Shown: positions 9,485 through 19,314, numbered from the stretch's first letter. The stretch is DNA of 64,000 nt from an uncultured Bacillaceae bacterium (GCA_963815765.1 CAWFID010000016.1:5686-69685), one strand, 5' to 3'. The notes: generated by a model not told the origin, from the letters alone. A program made the numbers and translations.

Positions 9485-10984
9485 ATGGCAAAATTAGGAA
9501 CAAAAGAAAAATACCATGCAATGACAAGGGATTTAATGTGGGATCCAAAGCATTTTGATATGAAAAAAGTTTATCCTTTAATTGAAAAGGAAGGCATTAT
9601 TCTGAAGGATCCGAGCAAATGGGAAGATCCTTTCCGGATGACATATAACCAGTATGTAAAAATTCAATCGGAAAAGGATGGCATCTTTCATGCGGTTCGA
9701 AATGCTTTTGAAGCAAATGACGGACATGCTAAAGTGGTTGATTCGCGTTGGTATGAAGGGGTAAAAATATTTGCCATGAACGTTCAACCCGCCGAGTATG
9801 CAGCACACAGATTAATGGCCTATATCGGCCGTAATATTCCAATTGAAGCGATTCGTTTTGCGACTTTTAATCAGGCGATCGACGAATTGCGCCATGCGCA
9901 AATTGAAATTAAACATTATGCACACGTCAGTAAACAAATTGACGGGCTTCATAATATGCCGGCTACTTCGCAAAATCTATGGCTCAATACCGTGGTTAAA
10001 TCATTCTTTGATGATGCGTTTACTTCAGGTCCGTTTGAAGCACTTATCGCGATTTCGTTTGCATTCGAGTATGTGTTTACCAATATTCTTTTCTTACCGT
10101 TTGCTTCATCTGCTGGAGCAGTTGGGGATGATGCCTTTGCAGCGGTTGGAAAAACGGTGCAATCTGACGAATCACGTCACATGGCATTAGGAATGTCAGC
10201 ACTGAAAATGTTGTTAGAAGAAGATGAACGTAATGTTCCAATTATCCAAGGCTGGTTGGATAAATGGTATTGGAGAGGCTATCGTCTGTTTTCGGTTATT
10301 GCCATGATGGTAGATTATTACCCGCGTATTCGACCAACTTCTTGGAAAAAAGCGTTTGAAACTTATGTAGAGGAACAAGTATTTAACGGCTTGTTTAAAG
10401 ACCTTCGTAAGTATGGAATCACCCTGCCAAAACATGCGGCAGACAGCATTAAAGAAAAAGAATATTATTCTCACACTGTTTTCCGAATTTTGGACCAATA
10501 CAAAATGGCCAATCCATATAGAAGCTTTAAGCTGCAAGAGGATGACTATGAGTGGCTGAATAACGAATATTCTAAGTTTAGTCATTTTGAGAAAGTCCTC
10601 CGCAGAAATGAAGAAGATATTAATGCCAATGCAAGTCCTGGATTGCCAGCTGTATGTTCTGTATGCCAGCTTCCGGCTGAATTCCCTAATCCGGATAGTC
10701 CGTTGGAGCTTTGGACACAGTACAGTGACTATAAAGGTAAGACGTATATGACTTGTTCACCAGGCTGTAAACATGTATTTGATCATGAACCTGAAAAATA
10801 TGAGCAAAGTTGGATCCCAGCAGAAGCGTATTTAAGCGGTGAATTAGGCGAAGACCCAGTTGCAGGAATGTTTAAATATACGGGCCTTTCTCCAGAAGAG
10901 ACTGGCGAACATTATTCTTCCAGAGAACATGCACACTGGCTGGAGCACCGTAGACATTTAGGACTAGATAAGAAATTTTTCTAA
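9485..10984 (+). CDS. phenol hydroxylase alpha (diiron) subunit (DmpN-like)
   Basis: Diiron ligands EYAAH, DELRH, FEYVFTN and DESRH; KWEDPFRMT; C-terminal CSVCQLP...CSPGC Zn/YHS region. Confidence 0.92.
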   Translation: MAKLGTKEKYHAMTRDLMWDPKHFDMKKVYPLIEKEGIILKDPSKWEDPFRMTYNQYVKIQSEKDGIFHAVRNAFEANDGHAKVVDSRWYEGVKIFAMNVQPAEYAAHRLMAYIGRNIPIEAIRFATFNQAIDELRHAQIEIKHYAHVSKQIDGLHNMPATSQNLWLNTVVKSFFDDAFTSGPFEALIAISFAFEYVFTNILFLPFASSAGAVGDDAFAAVGKTVQSDESRHMALGMSALKMLLEEDERNVPIIQGWLDKWYWRGYRLFSVIAMMVDYYPRIRPTSWKKAFETYVEEQVFNGLFKDLRKYGITLPKHAADSIKEKEYYSHTVFRILDQYKMANPYRSFKLQEDDYEWLNNEYSKFSHFEKVLRRNEEDINANASPGLPAVCSVCQLPAEFPNPDSPLELWTQYSDYKGKTYMTCSPGCKHVFDHEPEKYEQSWIPAEAYLSGELGEDPVAGMFKYTGLSPEETGEHYSSREHAHWLEHRRHLGLDKKFF

Positions 10985-11005
10985 AAGCGGACGGGAGGAA
11001 AGAAA

Positions 11006-11284
11006 ATGCCAAACTATTTGAAAAACGAAAATAACTTGATCGTCTGGCATGTACTAAAAAGAGAAACTGAAATGAATCCAAGTAACATTGGTTTGCCAAC
11101 ACGATTAGATGTAACAACAGACCAATTACTGGAAAATTGTTTAGATACGTATCAGGCTGATAAAGAAAAGAACTATCGCTTCTTCTTAAAACGTGGACAA
11201 GGTGATATTGATATTCCTTTAGGAGTAACTTTAAAAGAGGCAGGAATTCGAAACGGGGATTATATCGAAATCGCAGCAGTTTAA
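11006..11284 (+). CDS. probable hydroxylase gamma subunit (ubiquitin-like fold, DmpO/TmoB analogue)
   Basis: Sits after the alpha subunit. Its C-terminal TLKEAGIRNGDYIEI is typical of beta-grasp proteins. Confidence 0.6.
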   Translation: MPNYLKNENNLIVWHVLKRETEMNPSNIGLPTRLDVTTDQLLENCLDTYQADKEKNYRFFLKRGQGDIDIPLGVTLKEAGIRNGDYIEIAAV

Positions 11285-11376
11285 AGTTTAAATGGAGCCT
11301 TTTCTCCTTTTTAGAAACATCAATCATGGAGGAGAAAAGGTTATTCGATAAAACATGATGGAGAGGAGATCGGAAC

Positions 11377-12402
11377 ATGAGCAATTCAACAACAGCAACA
11401 GAAACATATGAAATCACATTAGAGCCAAGTGGGAAAGTGATTACAGTAAAAGAAGGACAAACTCTGCTGGATGCAGCGATTCGAAATGGGGTACAAGTTG
11501 CTTACGGATGCCGGCATGGCAGTTGTTCAGCCTGTAAGTGCCAAGTCCTTGATGGAGATTTTGAAATCATGGACCGTGTATCCGAATACTCTTTGATGAG
11601 CTTCGAGAGAGAAGAAGGATTTACGTTAATGTGCAGCACATTGGCAGAAAGTGATCTTGTGATTGAAATAGAAGAAGAAGAATCCGATCTTCCATTCTTT
11701 GCCGTACACGACTTTGAGGCTGAAGTGGTGGAAAATAAACAATATACGCATGACATTCATGGTATCAAGCTGAAATTGCAGGATCCAACGGACATTCCAT
11801 ATGGTTCTGGTCAATTTTTCGAGTTTGATGTACCTGGATTAGAAGATACTCGTGCCTATTCTGTAGCAAATAAATATCAAGAAGGTAATATCGTTGAGTT
11901 TCATATCAAGCGTGTTCCTGGAGGGAAAGGCTCTAATTATATGTGTGACCTTCAGGCTGGAGATACATTAACCGGATCTGGACCATACGGAAGCATGCAG
12001 CTTCGTGACCGCAATAAAGATTTAATCTTCGTTGCCGGCGGTTCTGGTATGGCACCGATTAAATCGCTGTTAGAAGAAGTATTCTCTGAAACGTTTGAAA
12101 AAGAAGCTTGGTTCTTCTATGGAGCCCGTGCGAAAAAAGATTTGTATTTAACAGAGGAATGGCAGAAATTAGCAGAAGAACATCCGAACTTCCACTTTAT
12201 ACCAGCTTTATCACAGCCTGATGCTGAAGATGAGTGGAATGGTGAAACTGGTTTTATTGCAGATGTTATCTCACGTACAGTCGAAAATATGTCAGGCATG
12301 GATGCTTACCTTTGCGGGCCGCCAATTATGATCGAAACAGCATGTGATGCCCTCAGTAAAGGCGGAGTGAAGGGTACTGATATTGCTTATGATGAATTTT
12401 AA
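11377..12402 (+). CDS. phenol hydroxylase reductase (2Fe-2S/FAD/NAD, DmpP-like)
   Basis: CRHGSCSAC...C ferredoxin domain; RAYS, AGGSGMAP and YLCGPP motifs. Confidence 0.92.
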   Translation: MSNSTTATETYEITLEPSGKVITVKEGQTLLDAAIRNGVQVAYGCRHGSCSACKCQVLDGDFEIMDRVSEYSLMSFEREEGFTLMCSTLAESDLVIEIEEEESDLPFFAVHDFEAEVVENKQYTHDIHGIKLKLQDPTDIPYGSGQFFEFDVPGLEDTRAYSVANKYQEGNIVEFHIKRVPGGKGSNYMCDLQAGDTLTGSGPYGSMQLRDRNKDLIFVAGGSGMAPIKSLLEEVFSETFEKEAWFFYGARAKKDLYLTEEWQKLAEEHPNFHFIPALSQPDAEDEWNGETGFIADVISRTVENMSGMDAYLCGPPIMIETACDALSKGGVKGTDIAYDEF

Positions 12403-12552
12403 TTAGAAAAGGCTAACTTTGTAGAGTGCTAACTTTTTAGGTAATTAGAAGAAGTTATTTTATTAAAAAAGGCAGAGCCTTCGGTAAAACCTTATGGAAG
12501 CCGCACTATGTGCTGATTACAAAATATAGATAAAGATCAGGGGGAAAAAATA

Positions 12553-13468
12553 ATGGCAAAAGTTATGCGTATGGGAAGAGCAGAATTAAAAGTTTTGGAC
12601 TTGGAAAAATCAGTAGATTACTATACAAATGTAATTGGTTTAGAAGAAACAGGGCGAATGGGTGACAGCGTTTACTTAAAAGCATGGGATGAATACGATC
12701 ATCATAGTTTAATTTTAACGAAGTCTAATTCCGCTGGAATCGTTCATTTTGGCTTTAAAGTAGAGACTGAAGATGATCTAGCTTATTTTGAAAAGAAAAT
12801 AGAAGAATTTGGCTGCACCACAACAAGGGTTAGCAACCATACAAGATTAGGTGAAGGTGAAGCGGTTCATTTTGTTTTACCAACGGGCCATCATTGTGAA
12901 CTTTACCATGAAATTGATTTCTTAGGGAAAAAGGTTGGACATATTAACCCACACCCATGGTCATTAGAAACAAAGGGAATTGCGCCGCATAGTCTTGATC
13001 ATATATTACTGACTGGTGATGACTTAAAAACAGTCACAAGATTTTTTATTGAAGCTCTTAACTTCAGACAAAGTGAAAAAATTACAACTGTAGATGGAGA
13101 AGAGTTGTTGGGTAGCTTCTTGTTTACTTCCAATAAATCACATGATCTGGCTTTCGTTAAAGGTCCAGATGAAAAGCTTCACCATGCCGCTTTCCATGTC
13201 GAAGAACTTCACGATGTATTTAGAGCTGCGGACATCCTTTCGATGTACGAAGTTCCATTTGATATAACGCCAACACGCCATGGTCTAACAAGAGGAAAAA
13301 CAATTTATTTCTTTGATCCATCCGGTAACCGTAATGAAGCATTTGCGGGCGGATATTTTGCATTACCCAGATATGCCAACGGTTACTTGGACAGAGGATA
13401 AAATTGGACAAGGGATCTTCTACCACCGTAGAGAACTGTCTGAATCCTTCATGAAAGCGTTAACTTGA
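12553..13468 (+). CDS. xylE: catechol 2,3-dioxygenase (one apparent frameshift at about 13367)
   Basis: YLKAWDEYDHHS, LDH, HDLAF, LHHAAF and PTRHGLTRG.TIYFFDPSGNRNE motifs. Removing one base restores the C-terminus PDMPTVTWTEDKIGQGIFYHRRELSESFMKALT* ending at 13468. Confidence 0.9.
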
Positions 13469-13484
13469 TCAAAACTCGAATAAA

Positions 13485-13530
13485 AAACAAGGGGACGGTT
13501 CTCTTGTTTGCAAACAGAAGAACCGTCTTG
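13485..13530. repeat. REP-like palindrome (GGGGACGGTTCT family)
   Basis: AACAAGGGGACGGTTCTCTTGTTTGCAAACAGAAGAACCGTC. Confidence 0.85.
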
Positions 13531-13561
13531 AAGATAAAGAATGAGATAAGGAGGAAGTTAA

Positions 13562-13900
13562 ATGAATAAAGTCACGCTTAAAGCAAGAGGTCAGCAGTTT
13601 GAATACCAATGTGCACCGAACGTAACGCCATTAAGAGCAGCACGCGACCAGTTTATTCCGATTCCAACTGGCTGTATCCGCGGGGGATGCGGAATGTGTA
13701 AAGTAAAGGTAGTGAGCGGCGAGTATGATCAAGAAATTGTTCGTTCACATGATGCTTTATCAGATGAAGATCTAGCAAACGGTTTTGCTTTGGCATGCTG
13801 TATGACAGCGAAAAGTGATATTGAGATCATAACAGTAGAAGATTATGAAAAACTACAAAAGAATGAATCTAGTTTGGAAAAAATTGGAGAAAGCAAATAG
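13562..13900 (+). CDS. XylT/DmpQ-like plant-type 2Fe-2S ferredoxin (C23O reactivation)
   Basis: GCIRGGCGMCKVKV and ALACC motifs; adjacent to C23O. Confidence 0.85.
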   Translation: MNKVTLKARGQQFEYQCAPNVTPLRAARDQFIPIPTGCIRGGCGMCKVKVVSGEYDQEIVRSHDALSDEDLANGFALACCMTAKSDIEIITVEDYEKLQKNESSLEKIGESK

Positions 13901-13950
13901 TCTTGTAGGCAACTTTACTTACCTTACTTTTTAACTAAATAATTACGAGG

Positions 13951-14775
13951 ATGTTTATGATGGATAACTCTAAATATATTGATGTGAATGGGATTTCAAC
14001 GCATTATCATGAAAGTGGGCAAGGAGAAGCCATTTTATTAATTCATGGATCAGGACCAGGAGTGACAGCTTGGGCCAATTGGAGATTAATCATTCCAAGG
14101 CTGTCAGAACATTTCCATGTTTATGCCCCTGATATTGTAGGCTTCGGGTATACGGAAAGACCTGAAAATGTCGAATATGGTGTTGAAACATGGACAAATC
14201 ATTTAATTCGTTTTATAGAAACGATTGGTGAAAAGCGGGTACATATAATTGGCAACTCGCTTGGCGGGGCATTGGCCATGCAAATTGTTCATAAAAGGCC
14301 AGATTTAGTCGGGAAAATCGTTCTAATGGGAGCAGCAGCTCTGCCATTCAATATGACTTACGGTTTAGATAAAGTGTGGGGCTATGAACCAAGTATTGAA
14401 AATATGAAAAATCTATTAACGATTTTTAGTTACGGTCAAGAATTTGCTACAGATGAATTAGCACAGCTTCGTTATGAAGCAAGCATTCAACCGGGATTAC
14501 AAGAGGCTTTTTCTGAAATGTTTGCGGAACCACGTCAAGAAAAGCTGAATCAGCTTGCATTGCCAGAGGAGCAAATTAGAAAAATTGATCATCCTGTCCT
14601 AATGGTTCATGGAAGAGATGATATTATCATTCCTTATAAGGAAACAAGCTTAAGACTTTTAGAATTGCTTCCAAATTCAGAGCTTCATCTTTTTTCAAAA
14701 TGCGGCCACTGGACTCAAATCGAGAAAAAAGACGAATTTGCCCAGTTGTGTGAGAATTTCTTTCTACGGAACTAG
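13951..14775 (+). CDS. 2-hydroxymuconic semialdehyde / meta-cleavage product hydrolase (DmpD/XylF-like)
   Basis: HGSGPGVTAWANW, nucleophile GNSLGG, HGRDD and CGHWTQIE motifs. True start may be 13957 or 13960. Confidence 0.92.
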   Translation: MFMMDNSKYIDVNGISTHYHESGQGEAILLIHGSGPGVTAWANWRLIIPRLSEHFHVYAPDIVGFGYTERPENVEYGVETWTNHLIRFIETIGEKRVHIIGNSLGGALAMQIVHKRPDLVGKIVLMGAAALPFNMTYGLDKVWGYEPSIENMKNLLTIFSYGQEFATDELAQLRYEASIQPGLQEAFSEMFAEPRQEKLNQLALPEEQIRKIDHPVLMVHGRDDIIIPYKETSLRLLELLPNSELHLFSKCGHWTQIEKKDEFAQLCENFFLRN

Positions 14776-14827
14776 TGACAAGGGGACGGTTCTTGCGTAA
14801 CCAAACGCAAGAACCGTCCCCTTGTTT
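14775..14827. repeat. REP-like palindrome, full copy between convergent genes
   Basis: GTGACAAGGGGACGGTTCTTGCGTAACCAAACGCAAGAACCGTCCCCTTGTT. Bases 14774-14820 are identical to 39674-39720. Confidence 0.9.
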
Positions 14828-15556
14828 TTAAAGTATTTTATTTAAAAAGTCTTTTGTGCGTTCATTTTGTGGGTTTCCAAAGATTTCTTGTGGCGTATTT
14901 TGTTCCACAATATAGCCACCGTCCATAAAGATAACACGATCGGCTACTTCTCTGGCAAAGCCCATTTCATGGGTCACAATGACCATCGTCATCCCTTCTT
15001 GAGCCAATTGTTTGATGACGGCTAATACTTCTCCAACCATTTCGGGATCAAGCGCACTGGTTGGTTCATCAAATAGCATGATATCCGGGTTCATGGCAAG
15101 TGCCCGTGCAATGGCAACCCTTTGTTTTTGACCACCGGATAATTGATCTGGTGTTGCTGAAGCTTTATCCTCTAGACCTACACGCTTTAAAAGCTCCAAA
15201 GCTTTTTCTTTTGCCTGTTCTCTCGTAGCTTTATTCAATTGAACAGGAGCAAGTGTAATATTATCTAATATCGTTAAATGAGGAAATAGATTAAAGTGTT
15301 GGAATACCATTCCGATATTCTCGCGAACTTTATTAATATCCGTCTTTTTATCGGTTAAGTCGAACCCGTTTACACTTACCGCTCCACCTGTCACTTCTTC
15401 CAGCAGGTTTAAGCAGCGAAGAAGGGTACTTTTACCAGAACCAGAAGGACCAATTAAACAAACCACTTCACCTTCTTGAACGTCTAAATCAATTGATTTC
15501 AATACTTCTAGATCTCCATAGGACTTTTTCAAATTCGTTACTTTAATTTTTTCCAT
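14828..15556 (-). CDS. glnQ: polar amino acid ABC transporter ATP-binding protein (GlnQ-like)
   Basis: [23 protein letters not shown] and [10 protein letters not shown] motifs. Confidence 0.9.
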   Translation of the reverse strand: MEKIKVTNLKKSYGDLEVLKSIDLDVQEGEVVCLIGPSGSGKSTLLRCLNLLEEVTGGAVSVNGFDLTDKKTDINKVRENIGMVFQHFNLFPHLTILDNITLAPVQLNKATREQAKEKALELLKRVGLEDKASATPDQLSGGQKQRVAIARALAMNPDIMLFDEPTSALDPEMVGEVLAVIKQLAQEGMTMVIVTHEMGFAREVADRVIFMDGGYIVEQNTPQEIFGNPQNERTKDFLNKIL

Positions 15557-16991
15557 ATTTAATCCTTCTTTCTAATGCATTCGATACTTTTGTTAAAATC
15601 ATAATGATAATAAAGTAAATAACACCAACGATTAACCACATTTGGAATGACTCTAAATTTCTAGCAATGATGATTTTCCCGCTTTGTGTTAATTCACTAA
15701 TACCGATAATGGATAGAATGGAGGTATCTTTTAATGTAATAACAAACTGGTTAATAAATGATGGGATCATAACGCGAACCGCTTGTGGTAACACAACTTT
15801 AGACATAGCTTTTCCATAGGGAAGTCCTAAGCTGCGGGCCGCTTCCATTTGACCTTTATCAATCGATTGAATTCCTCCACGAACGATTTCTGCCATATAG
15901 GCACCGGCATTTAAACTTAACGTAATAAGACCTGCTACCACGGCCGAAACTCGCATATCAAGTGCAGCTGGAATCCCAAAGTAAATAAAGAATGCTTGAA
16001 CAATTAGCGGTGTACCACGGAAAATATCAACATAAATAGTAGAAATGATCCGTAATAATTTATTTTTGGATACCTGGAATAATCCGAAAACCACCCCAAG
16101 TGCAGTAGCAATGATTAAGGAAACAACGGTTAAAATCATGGTCATTTTCAAACCAGACATTAAACTTGGAAAACTTTGTTTTATAAGACTAAAGAATCCC
16201 GTATCTTCTGCTGTTTCTGATCCTGTTTCTAAGTATTGATCTAAGATTTTCTGATATTCACCTGATGCTTTTAAATTCGTTAAACCAGCATTAAACATTT
16301 GCAATAGTTCCGTATTTTCGCCTTTAGAAACGGCAAATCCGTATGAGTTACCGGCTTCTTTATCCGTAACAATTTTCAATCCGTTTCCTTGTTTTACTCC
16401 GTATGCTAACACAGGATAATCATCAAAGGCGGCAATGGAGTTTCCGGATTTTACATCTTCATACATATTGGCTGAATCGTCATAGGTCACGATTTCAAAG
16501 CCGTATTGCGCTTGGATGCTTTTAGCGAAACTGGCTCCTTCTGTTCCTGTTTTGACTGCTACTCTTTCACCTTTTAGGTCTTCATAAGATGAAACCGATT
16601 CATTATCCTCATCGACTGCCATAATAACCCCTGAGTCAAAATAAGGGTCTGAGAAATCAAATTTTAGTTTGCGTTCTTCGGTAATACTCATTCCTGCAAT
16701 AACGGCATCCACTTGTTTTGCCTCTAATGCTTGAACGGCCGCATTAAAGCCAAGTGGTTTAATTTTATATTTAAAACCCTGATCCTCGGCAATGGCTTTC
16801 AATAAATCCATATCAATCCCAACAAAATCTCCATTTACATCTTGGAATTCAAATGGAGCAAAGGTGACATCCGTTCCAATCTCATATGTTTTCTCTTCTG
16901 CCTGCACGTTTGTGATCGTTGATAAAGAAAAAGTCGTAAATAAGGCCAACATAAACATGAAAAATAGTGATAATCTCTTAGTTATTTTCAT
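15543..16991 (-). CDS. glnP: fused amino acid substrate-binding protein/permease (GlnPH-like)
   Basis: Signal peptide, SBP_bac_3 motifs ([15 protein letters not shown]) and HisM-type permease motifs ([18 protein letters not shown]). Confidence 0.88.
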   Translation of the reverse strand: MKITKRLSLFFMFMLALFTTFSLSTITNVQAEEKTYEIGTDVTFAPFEFQDVNGDFVGIDMDLLKAIAEDQGFKYKIKPLGFNAAVQALEAKQVDAVIAGMSITEERKLKFDFSDPYFDSGVIMAVDEDNESVSSYEDLKGERVAVKTGTEGASFAKSIQAQYGFEIVTYDDSANMYEDVKSGNSIAAFDDYPVLAYGVKQGNGLKIVTDKEAGNSYGFAVSKGENTELLQMFNAGLTNLKASGEYQKILDQYLETGSETAEDTGFFSLIKQSFPSLMSGLKMTMILTVVSLIIATALGVVFGLFQVSKNKLLRIISTIYVDIFRGTPLIVQAFFIYFGIPAALDMRVSAVVAGLITLSLNAGAYMAEIVRGGIQSIDKGQMEAARSLGLPYGKAMSKVVLPQAVRVMIPSFINQFVITLKDTSILSIIGISELTQSGKIIIARNLESFQMWLIVGVIYFIIIMILTKVSNALERRIKYGKN

Positions 16992-17269
16992 ATATTCTCT
17001 CCCTCGTTCATTGTTTTATTTTTTGTTCATATAAATATGAACAACTCTACGTTTAAACTAGTTACATAGAGGTTGTTTGTAAAATTGTGAATCTTTTTAC
17101 AAAATTACTCACACTATACTATTAATCTCTAAAAATTGCGTGGCTCATAAGAATAAGAACAACCCGCAATGAATCTATTGCGACTAGTAGATTAAATAAT
17201 CGTTTATATGGATTTTTTGTAAATTATTTCACGATATCAATTTTACCATAAACACAGGGGGGATGACTA

Positions 17270-17299
17270 GTGACTAGGGGACGGTCTTGTTTGTTTCCC
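17270..17299. repeat. REP-like half/degenerate copy
   Basis: GTGACTAGGGGACGGTCTTG immediately before the cobT promoter. Confidence 0.6.
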
Positions 17300-17300
17300 A

Positions 17301-17329
17301 TTGACTTTACGAAAAGTCTTTGCTATGTT
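17301..17329 (+). promoter_or_regulatory. sigma-A promoter of the riboswitch-cobT unit
   Basis: TTGACT-17 nt-TATGTT with an extended TG. Confidence 0.55.
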
Positions 17330-17349
17330 AAGTTTACGTAAAAAGTAAA

Positions 17350-17512
17350 TAAAAGTAGTAGGTGCCCTACGGGGAGAATAGGGAATGAAGTGAGAATCTT
17401 CAGCGGTCCCACCACTGTAATGGGAAGTTTCATTAGAATTGCCACTGGAGTAATCTCTGGGAAGGCCTGATGAAGTGATGATCCAAAGCCAGGAGACCTG
17501 CCTATCTGCTTT
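17350..17512 (+). ncRNA. cobalamin (AdoCbl) riboswitch
   Basis: AGGTGCCC...AATAGGGAATGAAGTGAGAATCTTCAGCGGTCCCACCACTGTAA...GCCACTGG...CTGGGAAGGC...AAGCCAGGAGACCTGCCT (B12 box), upstream of cobT. Confidence 0.95.
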
Positions 17513-17530
17513 GACTCTTATAGATAATGG

Positions 17531-17578
17531 AAAAGTCTGTAGTTTATTTGTTATTCAAATAAATTACAGACTTTTTTA
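17531..17578 (+). terminator. riboswitch expression-platform terminator
   Basis: AAAAGTCTGTAGTTTATTTG-loop-CAAATAAATTACAGACTTTT followed by a U-tract. Confidence 0.8.
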
Positions 17579-17615
17579 TTTGAATTCGAGTCCTAACACG
17601 AAAGGAGAAGACAAA

Positions 17616-18665
17616 ATGAAACTATTACAACAAACGATTGAAAAAATTGAGGGATTAGATCAAGAAATGGTAGAAAAAGCAAAGGCAAGAGTGGACAGCC
17701 TGATTAAGCCTCCGAAAAGCTTGGGAAGGTTAGAAGACATGGCGATTCAATTAGCGGGGATTACAGGAAAGCTATATCCAGAGATAGATCAGAAAGCGGT
17801 TATTGTCATGGCGGGCGATCATGGCGTTTATGAAGAAGGAGTAACAAGTAATCCGCAAGAGGTTACTTTCGCACAAACGTTGAGTTTTGCGAAAGGCTTA
17901 ACGGGGGTATGTGTGATCGGGAAAGTGACGGGGGCTAAAATTGTAGCAGTAGATGTTGGCATAAAAGAAGAGATCCCAATGGATGCGGGTATCCTCCTTA
18001 GAAAAATAAAGAAGGGTACAGACAACATGGCAAAGGGTCCAGCTATGTCGAGGGAGGAAGCGATAAAGTCCATCGAGGTAGGCATCGAAATAGCGAATGA
18101 AGAAATACAAAAAGGAGTCAATCTACTGGGTACAGGTGAGATGGGAATTGGCAACACCACTCCGAGTACAGCAATCTTGTCCGTATTAAAAAATTGCGAT
18201 CCTTTAGAGATTACCGGAAGAGGGGCTGGGTTAGGTACAGGAGGAATCGAGCATAAAGCAGCTGTCATCAGGAAGGCGATTGAGATTAACAAGCCTGATC
18301 GTCAGGATGCCATTGATGTGTTAGCCAAAGTGGGTGGGTTAGAAATAGGAGGCATGACAGGGGTTATGCTGGCAGCGGCAGCGAATCGAATTCCAGTCGT
18401 CATCGATGGCTATATTTCAACCATATCAGCTTTAATTGCGGCAAGGATCGAACCGAAAGCAAGAGAATATTTCATCACCTCGCATGCGTCGCTAGAACCA
18501 GGTGGGAAATTAGCGAGTGAACTGTTGGGGATCGAACCGATGCTACACATGAATATGTGCTTAGGCGAAGGTTCCGGTGCTGCTTTGGCTTTCCCTATTA
18601 TAGAAGCAGCCTGCTCCATGATGAAAAATATGCCTACCTTTGAGGAAGTAGGAATGAAAATTTAG
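17616..18665 (+). CDS. cobT: nicotinate-nucleotide--dimethylbenzimidazole phosphoribosyltransferase
   Basis: KPPKSLGRLE, AGDHGV, GEMGIGNTT and LGEGSGA motifs; AAAGGAG RBS before ATG 17616. Confidence 0.95.
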   Translation: MKLLQQTIEKIEGLDQEMVEKAKARVDSLIKPPKSLGRLEDMAIQLAGITGKLYPEIDQKAVIVMAGDHGVYEEGVTSNPQEVTFAQTLSFAKGLTGVCVIGKVTGAKIVAVDVGIKEEIPMDAGILLRKIKKGTDNMAKGPAMSREEAIKSIEVGIEIANEEIQKGVNLLGTGEMGIGNTTPSTAILSVLKNCDPLEITGRGAGLGTGGIEHKAAVIRKAIEINKPDRQDAIDVLAKVGGLEIGGMTGVMLAAAANRIPVVIDGYISTISALIAARIEPKAREYFITSHASLEPGGKLASELLGIEPMLHMNMCLGEGSGAALAFPIIEAACSMMKNMPTFEEVGMKI

Positions 18666-18667
18666 TA

Positions 18668-18720
18668 GTGACAAGGGGAAGGTTCTTGCGTTTGGAAACG
18701 CAAGAACCTTCCCCTTGTTT
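18668..18720. repeat. REP-like palindrome, GGGAAGG subtype
   Basis: GTGACAAGGGGAAGGTTCTTGCGTTTGGAAACGCAAGAACCTTCCCCTTGTTT, 2 nt after the cobT stop. Confidence 0.9.
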
Positions 18721-18892
18721 TTAGTTCCAATAAAAGGTAATTCATGAAAAGGAATTTAAATCTCTTTTTACTTTTATATTACCTATAATACAGTTTGGTT
18801 AAATCATTTGTAACTTTTCATAAATTGACACTTATTTTACAACTGCTTATTTATAATGAAGTTAGAGAAAAGTAGTATCGGAGGTATATATA

Positions 18893-19111
18893 ATGGATGT
18901 TTATGAAAAGTTACCTACTGATTTTTTAATTACCTTTTATCATGAAATAATGAAAAACATTGAAAAAGGAATTTTAACCAAAAATATGTATTATGAATTA
19001 GGTCTGATCATTTCGGTTGCGAGTCAAAGAGGAATTATATTAGGACAACCATGTGATTATGAACAAATTGTAGATCAACAGACTTTAAATGACTTCATTC
19101 ACCATGTATGA
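18893..19111 (+). CDS. small hypothetical protein (72 aa)
   Basis: GGAGG RBS, with an upstream TTGACA...TATAAT-like promoter. Confidence 0.7.
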   Translation: MDVYEKLPTDFLITFYHEIMKNIEKGILTKNMYYELGLIISVASQRGIILGQPCDYEQIVDQQTLNDFIHHV

Positions 19112-19314
19112 ATAGAACGGAATAAGCATTTTTTTGAATTTTTACGGTTAACTGCTGGAACATTTCTCAAGTAAAACATCCCATCAACCACCACTCGAGG
19201 TGTTGAAAAGCAAAAAGAACTCAGGCCTTATAGCACTGAATTCTTTCGTTGCATCCGAATTTAAATGGACTATTTTTCAAATCTAAACACTCTGGAACTT
19301 TTGAATGGCTTGTG

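Noticed and set aside
13360-13401. Programmed ribosomal frameshift in C23O
   Set aside because: No slippery heptamer, and similar indels are scattered across unrelated genes.
17475-17615. N-terminal extension of CobT in the ORF track
   Set aside because: It overlaps the riboswitch and terminator; the real RBS precedes ATG 17616.
17616-18665. cobT as a phenolyl-cobamide enzyme linked to the phenol cluster
   Set aside because: Phenolic base activation is known for the heterodimeric ArsAB. This is a single CobT separated from the cluster by glnPQ, and proximity alone is not evidence.
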